Source: a virus
IMG/VR virus record: IMGVR_UViG_3300031920_000007
Coordinates: 1-23,374 of that record
Strand: one strand, 5' to 3'
DNA: 23,374 nt
Made by a program: the position numbers and the translations under genes. The notes beneath the pieces were generated by a model. It was not told the DNA's origin. It saw only the letters and a program-made list of their open reading frames with translations, and did not search any database. Below are positions 15,978 through 23,328 of the stretch, piece after piece; the stretch's first letter is position 1, and each line of letters starts with the position of its first letter.

Positions 15978-17333
15978 TTATGCTATTCTAATTCTCAATG
16001 CTCCAGCATTATGATAAACTTGACCTAAAGCTACTCCACCTGCAGCTGCTGCTGTATCGTCTGCGTAATTTAAATTTGCATAGTTTGCAATTTGTAGCAT
16101 ATTAACTGTAGCACATGCTTCAACTGTAGCTGTTACGTTCGCTCCTAATGCTACTGCATCTGTTACAGTAGTTTGAGCACCATTACCAATTGCTACGCCA
16201 CGATCATGAACGCTGCTTGTACCAGCTTTCGCTTCATATCCAATTGCAACAGATCTACCGTTACTAGCTCCGTGTACTTCAGATCCATGACCAATAGCTA
16301 CACCACCATTTGCATCTAATTTTTTAACACGACCAATACCAATCATGTCGTCTTGACCAACACTTGTTACGTGATCTTGACCATTACCAATAACTACACA
16401 GTCTGCACCGTATGTATGATTCCAGTCCTGACCCATGAAAATGCTACGTCCTTGACCACTGTTAATGATATTATCACCAATAGAAATAGAGTCTGCTACA
16501 TCATTCGTTAAATTATTACCAATAGCAATACAGTTGTCTGCTGATGATACGTTTGCGACAGTACCTAAACTATCTGCTGATTTAATTGAATTTGTCCCAG
16601 CGCTTCCTGCTACTAAACCGGCAGCTCCTCCGCCTCCACCACCAATAGCAGTACCGTCTAATGCTAATTCTGATGTATCTAATAATGTTACTAAACCTGC
16701 AGTTCCGTTTGGAGATAGTAATGTAATACCATTTCCGCCAGTTCCACCATCAGGTGCTACAATCTTTAATGCTCTAACGTGTGTTGTATCTGAAAGATCT
16801 GCTTCGACTTGACGTCCTAAAGCAACACCACCATTAACACCGAAAGGTACGTTAGTTTGTTGACCGAATGCAACTGAACCATCAGCTCCTGCTGATGCAG
16901 TACGTCCCCATGCTGATGCGTATATACCACCTGCAGATGCATACTCACCAATTGCAGCAGTACCTACTGAAGTAGATTCTGCAAAATTACCAATTGCAAT
17001 ACTTTGGTTGCTTGTCGCTTGAGCTCCGTTACCTAAAGCTATTGCTTGTGGTCCACTTGCAGTTGCATTGTTTGTTAGTAATGCATCTGCTGTCTTCATA
17101 GAGTCTGTTCCAGTACCTGATACTAAACCACCTGCTGCGATTCCAGTTACTGTAGCTGATGTAAAGTCTGCGTTACCTGTAAATTTAATTGTTGTTGTTG
17201 ATGCTTCTAATGGTAGTGCGTTTCCTACACCATCAGAGATCACTCTGTTTACGCCATTAATAGCTGCATTATCGAGAGTCTTTAAAAGCCCTTCATATGA
17301 TGTATTAATCGCGTTTCCTGTTAATGTTGCCAT
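15978..17333 (-). CDS. Tail fibre / spike with YadA-head-like Gly/Ala repeats.
   Basis: 451 aa. N-terminus MATLTGNAINTSYEGLLKT. Repeated S/V-AIG-x-x-A motifs (SIAIGNFAES, AAIGEYASA, SVAIGYEAKA, GVAIGNGAQT, AVALGANVTA). C-terminal YADDTAAAAGGVALGQVYHNAGALRIRIA resembles a recurrent phage fibre ending (from memory). Confidence 0.7.
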   Translation of the reverse strand: MATLTGNAINTSYEGLLKTLDNAAINGVNRVISDGVGNALPLEASTTTIKFTGNADFTSATVTGIAAGGLVSGTGTDSMKTADALLTNNATASGPQAIALGNGAQATSNQSIAIGNFAESTSVGTAAIGEYASAGGIYASAWGRTASAGADGSVAFGQQTNVPFGVNGGVALGRQVEADLSDTTHVRALKIVAPDGGTGGNGITLLSPNGTAGLVTLLDTSELALDGTAIGGGGGGAAGLVAGSAGTNSIKSADSLGTVANVSSADNCIAIGNNLTNDVADSISIGDNIINSGQGRSIFMGQDWNHTYGADCVVIGNGQDHVTSVGQDDMIGIGRVKKLDANGGVAIGHGSEVHGASNGRSVAIGYEAKAGTSSVHDRGVAIGNGAQTTVTDAVALGANVTATVEACATVNMLQIANYANLNYADDTAAAAGGVALGQVYHNAGALRIRIA

Positions 17334-17358
17334 AATTTATTGTTTGTTTGTTTGTTTT

Positions 17359-17697
17359 TTAAGTTAATGACCATGTTCTTGCTTCTGATTCCCATACAAC
17401 CGTATTCTCATCCCAGATAAATGCTGGTGATGGAATAGGTGCTTGTGATAGTGCAAACCACCAAGTTCCATTCTGAGGTTGTGTAATACCATAATAATTT
17501 GCTAATGCTATTGTCCATGAACCATATAAAGGTGCAGTAATACCAAAGTGAATACAAAGTGCTTGTAACCAACTAGAATTAACTGGTTGAGTTACACCTA
17601 AGAATTCACAATAAGCTTGAAGCCAATTACCATTGACAGTTTCCGTTACTGCTCCTGCAGTTTGGTTAAATACGTATGTTTGTTGTACTGATTGCAT
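17359..17697 (-). CDS. Trp-repeat protein (18-aa repeat N-x-S-W-L-Q-A-L-C-x-x-x-G-I-T-x-P-x); fibre-associated or wall-binding.
   Basis: 112 aa. Trp at residues 25, 43, 61 and 79, an exact 18-aa period. Confidence 0.5.
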   Translation of the reverse strand: MQSVQQTYVFNQTAGAVTETVNGNWLQAYCEFLGVTQPVNSSWLQALCIHFGITAPLYGSWTIALANYYGITQPQNGTWWFALSQAPIPSPAFIWDENTVVWESEARTWSLT

Positions 17698-17700
17698 ATA

Positions 17701-17877
17701 TTATTTTCTTAATTTTGTAACAGCATCGATGATTCCTTGCGTACCAATATAAACTGTCGCTATAGTTACCCAATCGGATGACGTTAAATTACCAAACACA
17801 GCGAGAGCAGTTGCTGTGATAAACACAAACAACTTCTTACTTATCCAACTATTTAGTGTTTTGTCCACTGTTCCCAT
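17701..17877 (-). CDS. Small membrane protein, 58 aa; holin candidate.
   Basis: Hand-translated: MGTVDKTLNSWISKKLFVFITATALAVFGNLTSSDWVTIATVYIGTQGIIDAVTKLRK. Two hydrophobic segments and a basic C-terminus. Stop at 17701-17703, 3 nt before the next ATG. Confidence 0.45.
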   Translation of the reverse strand: MGTVDKTLNSWISKKLFVFITATALAVFGNLTSSDWVTIATVYIGTQGIIDAVTKLRK

Positions 17878-17924
17878 TTTTACTTAAGTATATTTTTAGT
17901 TTCTTAATATTAGTTACTGTACTT

Positions 17925-18509
17925 TTAGTTACAGCTGCTACAGTCGGGGTCGCAGTCTGTTCCACAGTCCGCATAGATCCATAAGTCATTTCGTCTTGGT
18001 ATGTTTGTTTGTAATCCACTGAAATAAGGGTTTTGTCTATTAGGTGTCATTCCATCGTTTGGTGTTGCTACAGCATATAATGGGAACATCTGAGGATGAT
18101 CTTGTAAATACTCTAACATTCTCTTATTATAAAACTCTGCAGTGTCTACAGCAGCGTCTCTAAGATACTTCATCTCATCTAAGGTAGTTGCACCAGTCTC
18201 TTCACTTGCACCATTTAAAATACCTTTTTCTACCATCTTGTACTTTAAATTAGGAAGCAACAAGTATAATGCATATTGAATTAAACATGGACCAACATAA
18301 TCCTTAAGGAATGCTGATTCATTTACTGTTAAGTCATTTGCTACTACACCCTCTTTAAGTCTTCTGTAAAAAGGTGTACCTAAAGTATCTTGGATGTAAA
18401 TATCTTGTGCTTGTAATATAGACGGAGTTAAGACATCAATACGAATATTGTTATCTAAACTTGTCCACTGTTTCATTCTTTGTTCTGAAACTAAAAGTAC
18501 TGTTTCCAT
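17925..18509 (-). CDS. Putative head-tail adaptor / connector protein with a Cys-rich C-terminus.
   Basis: 194 aa, 1 nt downstream of the portal gene. Ends in CGTDCDPDCSSCN. The function is inferred from position only. Confidence 0.35.
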   Translation of the reverse strand: METVLLVSEQRMKQWTSLDNNIRIDVLTPSILQAQDIYIQDTLGTPFYRRLKEGVVANDLTVNESAFLKDYVGPCLIQYALYLLLPNLKYKMVEKGILNGASEETGATTLDEMKYLRDAAVDTAEFYNKRMLEYLQDHPQMFPLYAVATPNDGMTPNRQNPYFSGLQTNIPRRNDLWIYADCGTDCDPDCSSCN

Positions 18510-18510
18510 A

Positions 18511-19647
18511 TTATAATGATTCTATATTTGTTTGTGGTGCAGTATCAGTTACTTGTTCTTCGTTAACTAACTTGTTAGGTTTAATCTTAATACCTACATT
18601 GTAACCTGCTAATTTTAACATATAACCAAATCCACTAATAATCTTCTTTCTCTTAGGTGTAATTACTGTACCTTCAAAGTGTGCATAAGCAACTTTAATT
18701 TCATCTGAGTTATTAGAGAATCCTGAACTATCTTTAATACCTAATAATAGAGGTGATGTAATTCTATGTGCAGTTAAGATTCTACTAGAGATTCTTTCTT
18801 CTAATAACAAATAGTAGTCATCATTTGCACTATCAATAGGAGTAACTTGTAGTTCTTTTCCTGGTTCTGAGAATGCTAAGAAGAATCTACCTGCGTTTTC
18901 TGTTCCTGTAAATGTTCTTTCAATCTCTTGATAAACATCTCTTCTTTCTTCTGGTGTTGGTACGCCATTTCTAAACTGTACAAACATAGAAGGTGCTAAA
19001 CCATTTGCTATATTGTTAGCGTGAAATCTACTAACTTGTGCATCTAATGAAATATCATTCATTGCTGCTACATATCCTGGTAATGGATACACTTCGTTTC
19101 CTGGTGTGTAGTTATAGAAATAGAATATCTGAGAAGCATTGTCACCTTTATTATCAGTTGGATCAAATGCTTTATATGTGTTATAAGGATTCTTTCTAAG
19201 ATTAGCCCAATCAGATGAGAACATATACTCTTCAACTGTATCTTCTTCATTAGGTTTACCTGATCTTACATTACCAAATGGTAAGTGGTACATCTCTGAT
19301 ATCTTGGTTCTTTCTTTATTCCAGATTACATTAATAGCATAACCTTGATAGATTGTATAATCTAAAGAAATCTTTTCAAATATCTCATCAATTGTTTCGC
19401 CTTTTGAATTAATGTATTCGTCGCCGATGATTTCAATACCATCACCGATAATACCAGCTGTAATACTATCAATACAAGTATGGTGCATTGCAGAAGTGTC
19501 ATATAATTCTATTAATGATTGTGGGAATAGGTTTAAGCCGCCATAAAACATATAGTCTTTATTACGAACTTCTCTGATATCTGGCAATTCAATTGCTTGA
19601 AATTTAGAACCGTTGATTGCGTAGATTCCTTCGGGTGTACTTCTCAT
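18511..19647 (-). CDS. Portal protein.
   Basis: 378 aa. Portal-like segments: YPLPGYVAAMNDISLDAQVSRFHANNIANGLAPS, TFTGTENAGRFFLAF, ISSRILTAHRITSPLLLGI. Confidence 0.7.
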   Translation of the reverse strand: MRSTPEGIYAINGSKFQAIELPDIREVRNKDYMFYGGLNLFPQSLIELYDTSAMHHTCIDSITAGIIGDGIEIIGDEYINSKGETIDEIFEKISLDYTIYQGYAINVIWNKERTKISEMYHLPFGNVRSGKPNEEDTVEEYMFSSDWANLRKNPYNTYKAFDPTDNKGDNASQIFYFYNYTPGNEVYPLPGYVAAMNDISLDAQVSRFHANNIANGLAPSMFVQFRNGVPTPEERRDVYQEIERTFTGTENAGRFFLAFSEPGKELQVTPIDSANDDYYLLLEERISSRILTAHRITSPLLLGIKDSSGFSNNSDEIKVAYAHFEGTVITPKRKKIISGFGYMLKLAGYNVGIKIKPNKLVNEEQVTDTAPQTNIESL

Positions 19648-19656
19648 ATTTATATT

Positions 19657-20022
19657 TTAATAATTTGGTCGATAGAACACTTCAGAAACTCGTTCTTCTA
19701 TTGCTGGTGTACTAGTGAAGTTAGTAGTTCCTAAGCCTCCACCAGGTTGTGTTATTATTTTAACTAAGCCAGCTTCTATCGTGACTAGATTCTTTTCTAG
19801 CCTCCAGTTATATACTCCATTTTTGTGGGCGTTACCAAAGCCAGTTGGAAAGGTAATGCTTATTGTTGTAAATCTCGTGTTAGTCTCTAATATTGTAGCA
19901 GCCATTTCAATTGGTTGATGCGAATACTGAGATGTTAACACAAATGTCCAATCACCACTCAAATTAGGTTGGTTTATGGATACTTCTCTTGTTAAATCAA
20001 ATTCTGGTACTAAAATGGTCAT
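19657..20022 (-). CDS. Hypothetical beta-rich virion protein.
   Basis: 121-aa ORF, the first gene of the portal-to-fibre operon. No motif recognised. Confidence 0.4.
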   Translation of the reverse strand: MTILVPEFDLTREVSINQPNLSGDWTFVLTSQYSHQPIEMAATILETNTRFTTISITFPTGFGNAHKNGVYNWRLEKNLVTIEAGLVKIITQPGGGLGTTNFTSTPAIEERVSEVFYRPNY

Positions 20023-20030
20023 AGGCTAGT

Positions 20031-20058
20031 TATATTTAGTCGTATACATATAAATATA
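20031..20058. promoter_or_regulatory. 28-bp near-perfect inverted repeat TATATTTA-N3-GTATAC-N3-TAAATATA. Candidate divergent promoters or operator.
   Basis: The arms at 20031-38 and 20051-58 are exact reverse complements and the centre GTATAC is palindromic. Each arm reads TATATTTA toward its own gene (20077+ and 20022-). Confidence 0.45.
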
Positions 20059-20076
20059 AAAACATAGTAAATTGAC

Positions 20077-20577
20077 ATGGAGTTCAAAGAAGAAGACATA
20101 AAGATTGGTAAATTTAGAAATAATCAATGGAAACGACTTAATGGTATAGAATCAATAAGTAAAACTTTAGATAGATTTAAGAAAGAAATAGATTGGTCTG
20201 ATTATGAATTATGGATACATGGAAGTATACTCAGTGATGTTGACACTTATGATATTGATATGACTATAATGGGTCCAATGAAACCTAAGCGTATCATGTA
20301 TCTATTAGAACAAGTACATCGTATTGGATTTGAAGAACAAACATTACCTGATGTTAAGTATAGTCTCTCAGATGAGTTGTATGATCCTCAAATAGATTCG
20401 CCTAAGACTATTACATATGTATGTTATAGAGGTCAGATAACTATCAATGGTGAACCATACAACTATGGTAAACTAGTCAATAATCTTTGGATGAAAGAAC
20501 AGAGATATCCGATGGCTAAAACTCTAAATGCCATGGCAGAGGGTAGACAATATAAGAGTCCACACCAAGTTACATAA
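20077..20577 (+). CDS. Pol-beta-superfamily nucleotidyltransferase-like protein (moron, opposite strand).
   Basis: 166 aa. A helix then strand then IHGS-x8-DID (G49 S50 ... D59 I60 D61) fits the hG[GS]-x(8-13)-Dh[DE] minimal NTase signature. It has its own promoter region and terminator. Confidence 0.5.
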   Translation: MEFKEEDIKIGKFRNNQWKRLNGIESISKTLDRFKKEIDWSDYELWIHGSILSDVDTYDIDMTIMGPMKPKRIMYLLEQVHRIGFEEQTLPDVKYSLSDELYDPQIDSPKTITYVCYRGQITINGEPYNYGKLVNNLWMKEQRYPMAKTLNAMAEGRQYKSPHQVT

Positions 20578-20614
20578 AAAAAGGACCACATTTCTGTAGT
20601 CCTTTCTTTGTTTT
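20576..20614. terminator. Bidirectional intrinsic terminator between convergent genes.
   Basis: AAAGGACCAC - ATTTCT - GTAGTCCTTT. The single mismatch becomes a G-U pair in the minus-strand RNA. A-run upstream and CTTTGTTTT downstream. Confidence 0.65.
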
Positions 20615-20626
20615 AATGTTTAAAGA

Positions 20627-21145
20627 TTATGCTTCTACTATTGTAGATGCAACTGTAAAGATTGGGCTAGCTTCTAAGCCACCTAATACTATTTCATATC
20701 CGTTTCTATCTCCGTATGCTACGCCTGATGTTGCAGAACCTGATACTAAGAAAGCACCTTTTTCTACACCTATCGACCAGTAGTTTCCATTACCATCTTT
20801 AGCAACTACAACCATGGTAGTAGCTTGAGCCATTAATAACAATTGATCTCTTTTAGTAGCTTCCATCTTGTTAAAGACACAAGTTAATTGTTGATCAAAG
20901 AATAATGTACCATTTTCTTGAGATACTGTAGTAGTCTCAGTTATAGATGATGATTGTCTTGGAGTTTCGAATTTGAAAAAATCAGATGGTGTTAAAGCAG
21001 CACCACCTACAGTGATAGCGGTAATGTTACCTGCTGATTCTGTAATTGATTCTACAGGTCCATTCGCGATAAAGATAGCTTCGATACCACCAGTACCGTC
21101 GTTACATAAATCTAGAAAACCTGCTGTTAATGCTGAACAACTCAT
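20627..21145 (-). CDS. Putative major tail (tube) protein.
   Basis: 172 aa, downstream of the capsid gene. Pattern GGIEAIFIA...ETPRQSSSITETT...ENGTLFFDQQL...RDQLL...VVVAKDGNGNYWSIGVEKGA...GDRNGYEIVLGG resembles siphovirus tail-tube families (from memory). A decoration protein is not excluded. Confidence 0.45.
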   Translation of the reverse strand: MSCSALTAGFLDLCNDGTGGIEAIFIANGPVESITESAGNITAITVGGAALTPSDFFKFETPRQSSSITETTTVSQENGTLFFDQQLTCVFNKMEATKRDQLLLMAQATTMVVVAKDGNGNYWSIGVEKGAFLVSGSATSGVAYGDRNGYEIVLGGLEASPIFTVASTIVEA

Positions 21146-21160
21146 ATTTATATTGATTTT

Positions 21161-21201
21161 TTTAATTAATTAAAAGACTGAGGACTTAATGTCCCCAGTC
21201 T
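21161..21201 (-). terminator. Terminator / attenuator hairpin after the major capsid gene.
   Basis: In the minus-strand RNA, GACUGGGGAC - AUUAA - GUCCUCAGUC forms 10 bp with one G-U pair, followed by UUUUAAUUAAUU. Confidence 0.55.
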
Positions 21202-21216
21202 ATAGTTTATTGGCTA

Positions 21217-22116
21217 TTATGCCATATCGTTAGTAGCGAATACATTCACTTCACCAACTCCAACACCTAATCTCCATGCAGCTCTGAACTTCATTACGTC
21301 AGCAGCTTCGTCATAGAAAAATCTAAATGTATCTAACTCATCAGTTAAACCTGTTGCAGCAAGGATCATTTTCCCTGGTCCAGCAAATTTGTAATCAGAA
21401 CCAACTAATCCTGAAGACTTAACAACTGTTACGTTAGTTCCTGGAAGGATTAAGATATCATTACCTTCAACTGAGTTAAAGTGATATAAGTTCTGAGCAA
21501 CTAAAGCTCTTACTAATGCTCTATATGCATCAGGAGAAACTACCATGATTAAATCGTCTCTGTCTTTTACAGACTCGTCGATTGCATCATAAAGGTCTAA
21601 AGCTTGTTCATATGCGTTAGTTGCATCCCATGCAGCTGGTGTACCAGCTTGTAATTGTGCTCCATTAGCAGAAGTAACTTGTGCTTTTAATCCTGTTGTT
21701 GCACCGAAACCATTGATTAAGAAACCTTCGTTGTATTTTCTCAATTTGTCTGCATAAGACTCAGAGATTACTTCTTCGAAAGGAATCATATCGTTACCAG
21801 TTCCTGCGTTCATGAATGCTGATTGATACTTAGCTCTTAAGTCTTCAACACACATTTCAGTTTTAGACTGTAATGATTCGATTGTTACGTTTACTTGTGA
21901 GTAAGTTACTTCACCGTCTGAAGTCCATCCACAAGATAATGCAGATACTGGCAATGCAGCATCTACTAAGTTAATTGAAACAGTACCTGAAGTGAATCCT
22001 GATCTAAGATCAACATAGTCAAGTAGGTCTGTTTTTAAAACTACCTTTGAGATTAAATCTAAAGATAATTGGTCTGTATAAGCAGGCAATGCTGCTACAT
22101 TAAATCCAAATGCCAT
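21217..22116 (-). CDS. Major capsid protein (HK97-fold type).
   Basis: 299 aa. Size, its position after the scaffold gene, the downstream attenuator and the N-terminus MAFGFNVAALPAYTDQLSLDLI are typical of HK97-like MCPs. Confidence 0.75.
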   Translation of the reverse strand: MAFGFNVAALPAYTDQLSLDLISKVVLKTDLLDYVDLRSGFTSGTVSINLVDAALPVSALSCGWTSDGEVTYSQVNVTIESLQSKTEMCVEDLRAKYQSAFMNAGTGNDMIPFEEVISESYADKLRKYNEGFLINGFGATTGLKAQVTSANGAQLQAGTPAAWDATNAYEQALDLYDAIDESVKDRDDLIMVVSPDAYRALVRALVAQNLYHFNSVEGNDILILPGTNVTVVKSSGLVGSDYKFAGPGKMILAATGLTDELDTFRFFYDEAADVMKFRAAWRLGVGVGEVNVFATNDMA

Positions 22117-22147
22117 AATTGTTTGTTTTTGTTTTTTGTTTGTTTAA

Positions 22148-22726
22148 TTAGTTTTTACGAACAGATCTCAAGAAATCCATTCTTTGTGCTAGATTATCAT
22201 CTGCGATTTTCTTGTTCTCTGCAAATGTGTTTCTAATTGGTTTAGCTGCTGGCTCATCTGCAATTACTGCAAATTTAGCTTTAAGCTCTGTTACTTCTTC
22301 TGTTAGCGCTGCGATCTCTTCAGTGAATGGAGCAATCATTTCAGCAATACCTGTTAACAACTCTTCAGTTGCAGGAATAGCTGCTTCAGAAACTGGAACT
22401 TCTACCTCTACCTCTTCCATTACCTCTTCGATAATTTCTTCAGGTTTAGCTTCTGCTTCAACTTCTGAGATTTCCATAATCTCACCATTAGGACCAACAC
22501 CTACTAAAAGACCTTCAGTTGTTTCATGTATCGCTTCAGGTGCAAATGGTCTTTCTTCACCTTCTTGTACTTGTATGTACAAGATAGATCCAACTTCCAA
22601 TTCACCATCAGTTTCAACAATAGTCCCATCAACTAATTCGGCTGTTGCCATCTTAATCTCAGTTACAACTGCTTTGTCAGCTGCGAGCATAACTCTTAGC
22701 TTCTTTACCATGTCGTTTACTGTCAT
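22148..22726 (-). CDS. Scaffolding protein.
   Basis: 192 aa, strongly acidic and helical (EEIIEEVMEEVEVEV, EEIAALTEEVTELKAKF), immediately upstream of the MCP gene. Confidence 0.6.
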   Translation of the reverse strand: MTVNDMVKKLRVMLAADKAVVTEIKMATAELVDGTIVETDGELEVGSILYIQVQEGEERPFAPEAIHETTEGLLVGVGPNGEIMEISEVEAEAKPEEIIEEVMEEVEVEVPVSEAAIPATEELLTGIAEMIAPFTEEIAALTEEVTELKAKFAVIADEPAAKPIRNTFAENKKIADDNLAQRMDFLRSVRKN

Positions 22727-22750
22727 TGTATTGATTTTTTTTTAAATTCA

Positions 22751-22779
22751 TCTGGAGTATCCAGACAGAACTAAATATA
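22751..22779 (-). promoter_or_regulatory. TATATTTA box (22772-22779, minus strand) plus a 5' leader inverted repeat TCTGGA-GTA-TCCAGA (22751-22765) upstream of the scaffold/capsid operon.
   Basis: Read directly. The box lies ~45 nt from the ATG at 22726 and TTTG lies 17 nt upstream of it on the minus strand. Confidence 0.35.
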
Positions 22780-22803
22780 TATCGAGCTCATATTGCCAAA
22801 AGT

Positions 22804-22833
22804 TTGAAACTTTATCGTGTATGCCTGTATAAC
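22804..22833 (+). promoter_or_regulatory. Promoter-like element P_b (TTGAAA-N18-TATAAC) in front of the GIY-YIG-like gene.
   Basis: TTGAAA at 22804-22809 and TATAAC at 22828-22833. TATAACTAGTAT is shared exactly with P_a. The ATG at 22838 is only 4 nt downstream, so the mRNA may be leaderless. Confidence 0.45.
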
Positions 22834-22837
22834 TAGT

Positions 22838-23326
22838 ATGATATACACAATATACAAAGGATTATTACCAAATGGTAGAGTTAAAATTGGATGTGATGAA
22901 GCGTGGCCTAATAGAGCAATAGAACAAACACTTACAGATTATTACGTATTAGAAGAACACGAAGATATTAGAGTTGCTTCTTTTAGAGAAATAGAATTAC
23001 AAAGAGAACATGGTGTAAAGGTCGATACAATACCATACTACATGACTAAGGTATATGCCGCTCGAGCTTCACGTAAAGCACAGCAAAATGGTAATCATAA
23101 TTTTCAAACAATGACTAAAGAGCAAAGAAGTCAAAATGCTAAAAAAAATAGTATATTTAAAAATAGTTCTTTTCAATCTGAAATGGGTAAACGTGGTAAA
23201 GGTATACCTAAACCACATGCTGCTGATTTAGCTAGAGCTTTAAATACTGAATGGTATTGTGAAGTATGTGATAAGTCAGGTAAAGGTAAAGGTAATTGGA
23301 CAAGATACCATAAGAATTGTAAATAA
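22838..23326 (+). CDS. GIY-YIG-like homing endonuclease with a C-terminal zinc-finger-like motif.
   Basis: MIYTIYKGLLPNGRVKIGCD (degenerate GIY...YIG), then R (WPNR) and FREIELQREHG. C-terminal CEVC...YHKNC. The track ORF begins at GTG 22817, but ATG 22838 is preferred. Confidence 0.5.
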   Translation: MIYTIYKGLLPNGRVKIGCDEAWPNRAIEQTLTDYYVLEEHEDIRVASFREIELQREHGVKVDTIPYYMTKVYAARASRKAQQNGNHNFQTMTKEQRSQNAKKNSIFKNSSFQSEMGKRGKGIPKPHAADLARALNTEWYCEVCDKSGKGKGNWTRYHKNCK

Positions 23327-23328
23327 TT

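Noticed and set aside
16465-17367. Plus-strand ORFs 16465..16812 and 17068..17367.
   Set aside because: They are antisense shadows of the Gly/Ala-rich fibre gene. The Pro/Ala/Val-rich translations are typical of reverse-frame artefacts.
1220-21173. Other short antisense or nested ORFs from the track: 1220..1456, 4370..4552(-), 8096..8320, 9476..9670, 10292..10477, 10775..11035, 11267..11539, 12301..12483, 14021..14335, 19068..19250(-), 19715..19918, 20973..21173.
   Set aside because: Each lies wholly inside a longer, motif-supported ORF on the other strand or in another frame. All are 60-104 aa with no independent signals.
22212-22745. Plus-strand 177-aa ORF overlapping the scaffold gene.
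   Set aside because: It is antisense to the acidic helical scaffold ORF and gives a Ser/Ala/Ile low-complexity product. The scaffold reading frame has the gene context (it is followed by the MCP gene).
22817-22837. GTG start at 22817 given by the ORF track for the GIY-YIG-like gene.
   Set aside because: It would put the first 7 codons across the promoter-like spacer and -10 box. ATG at 22838 begins exactly at the GIY-like motif (MIYTIY), so it is preferred, though not proven.
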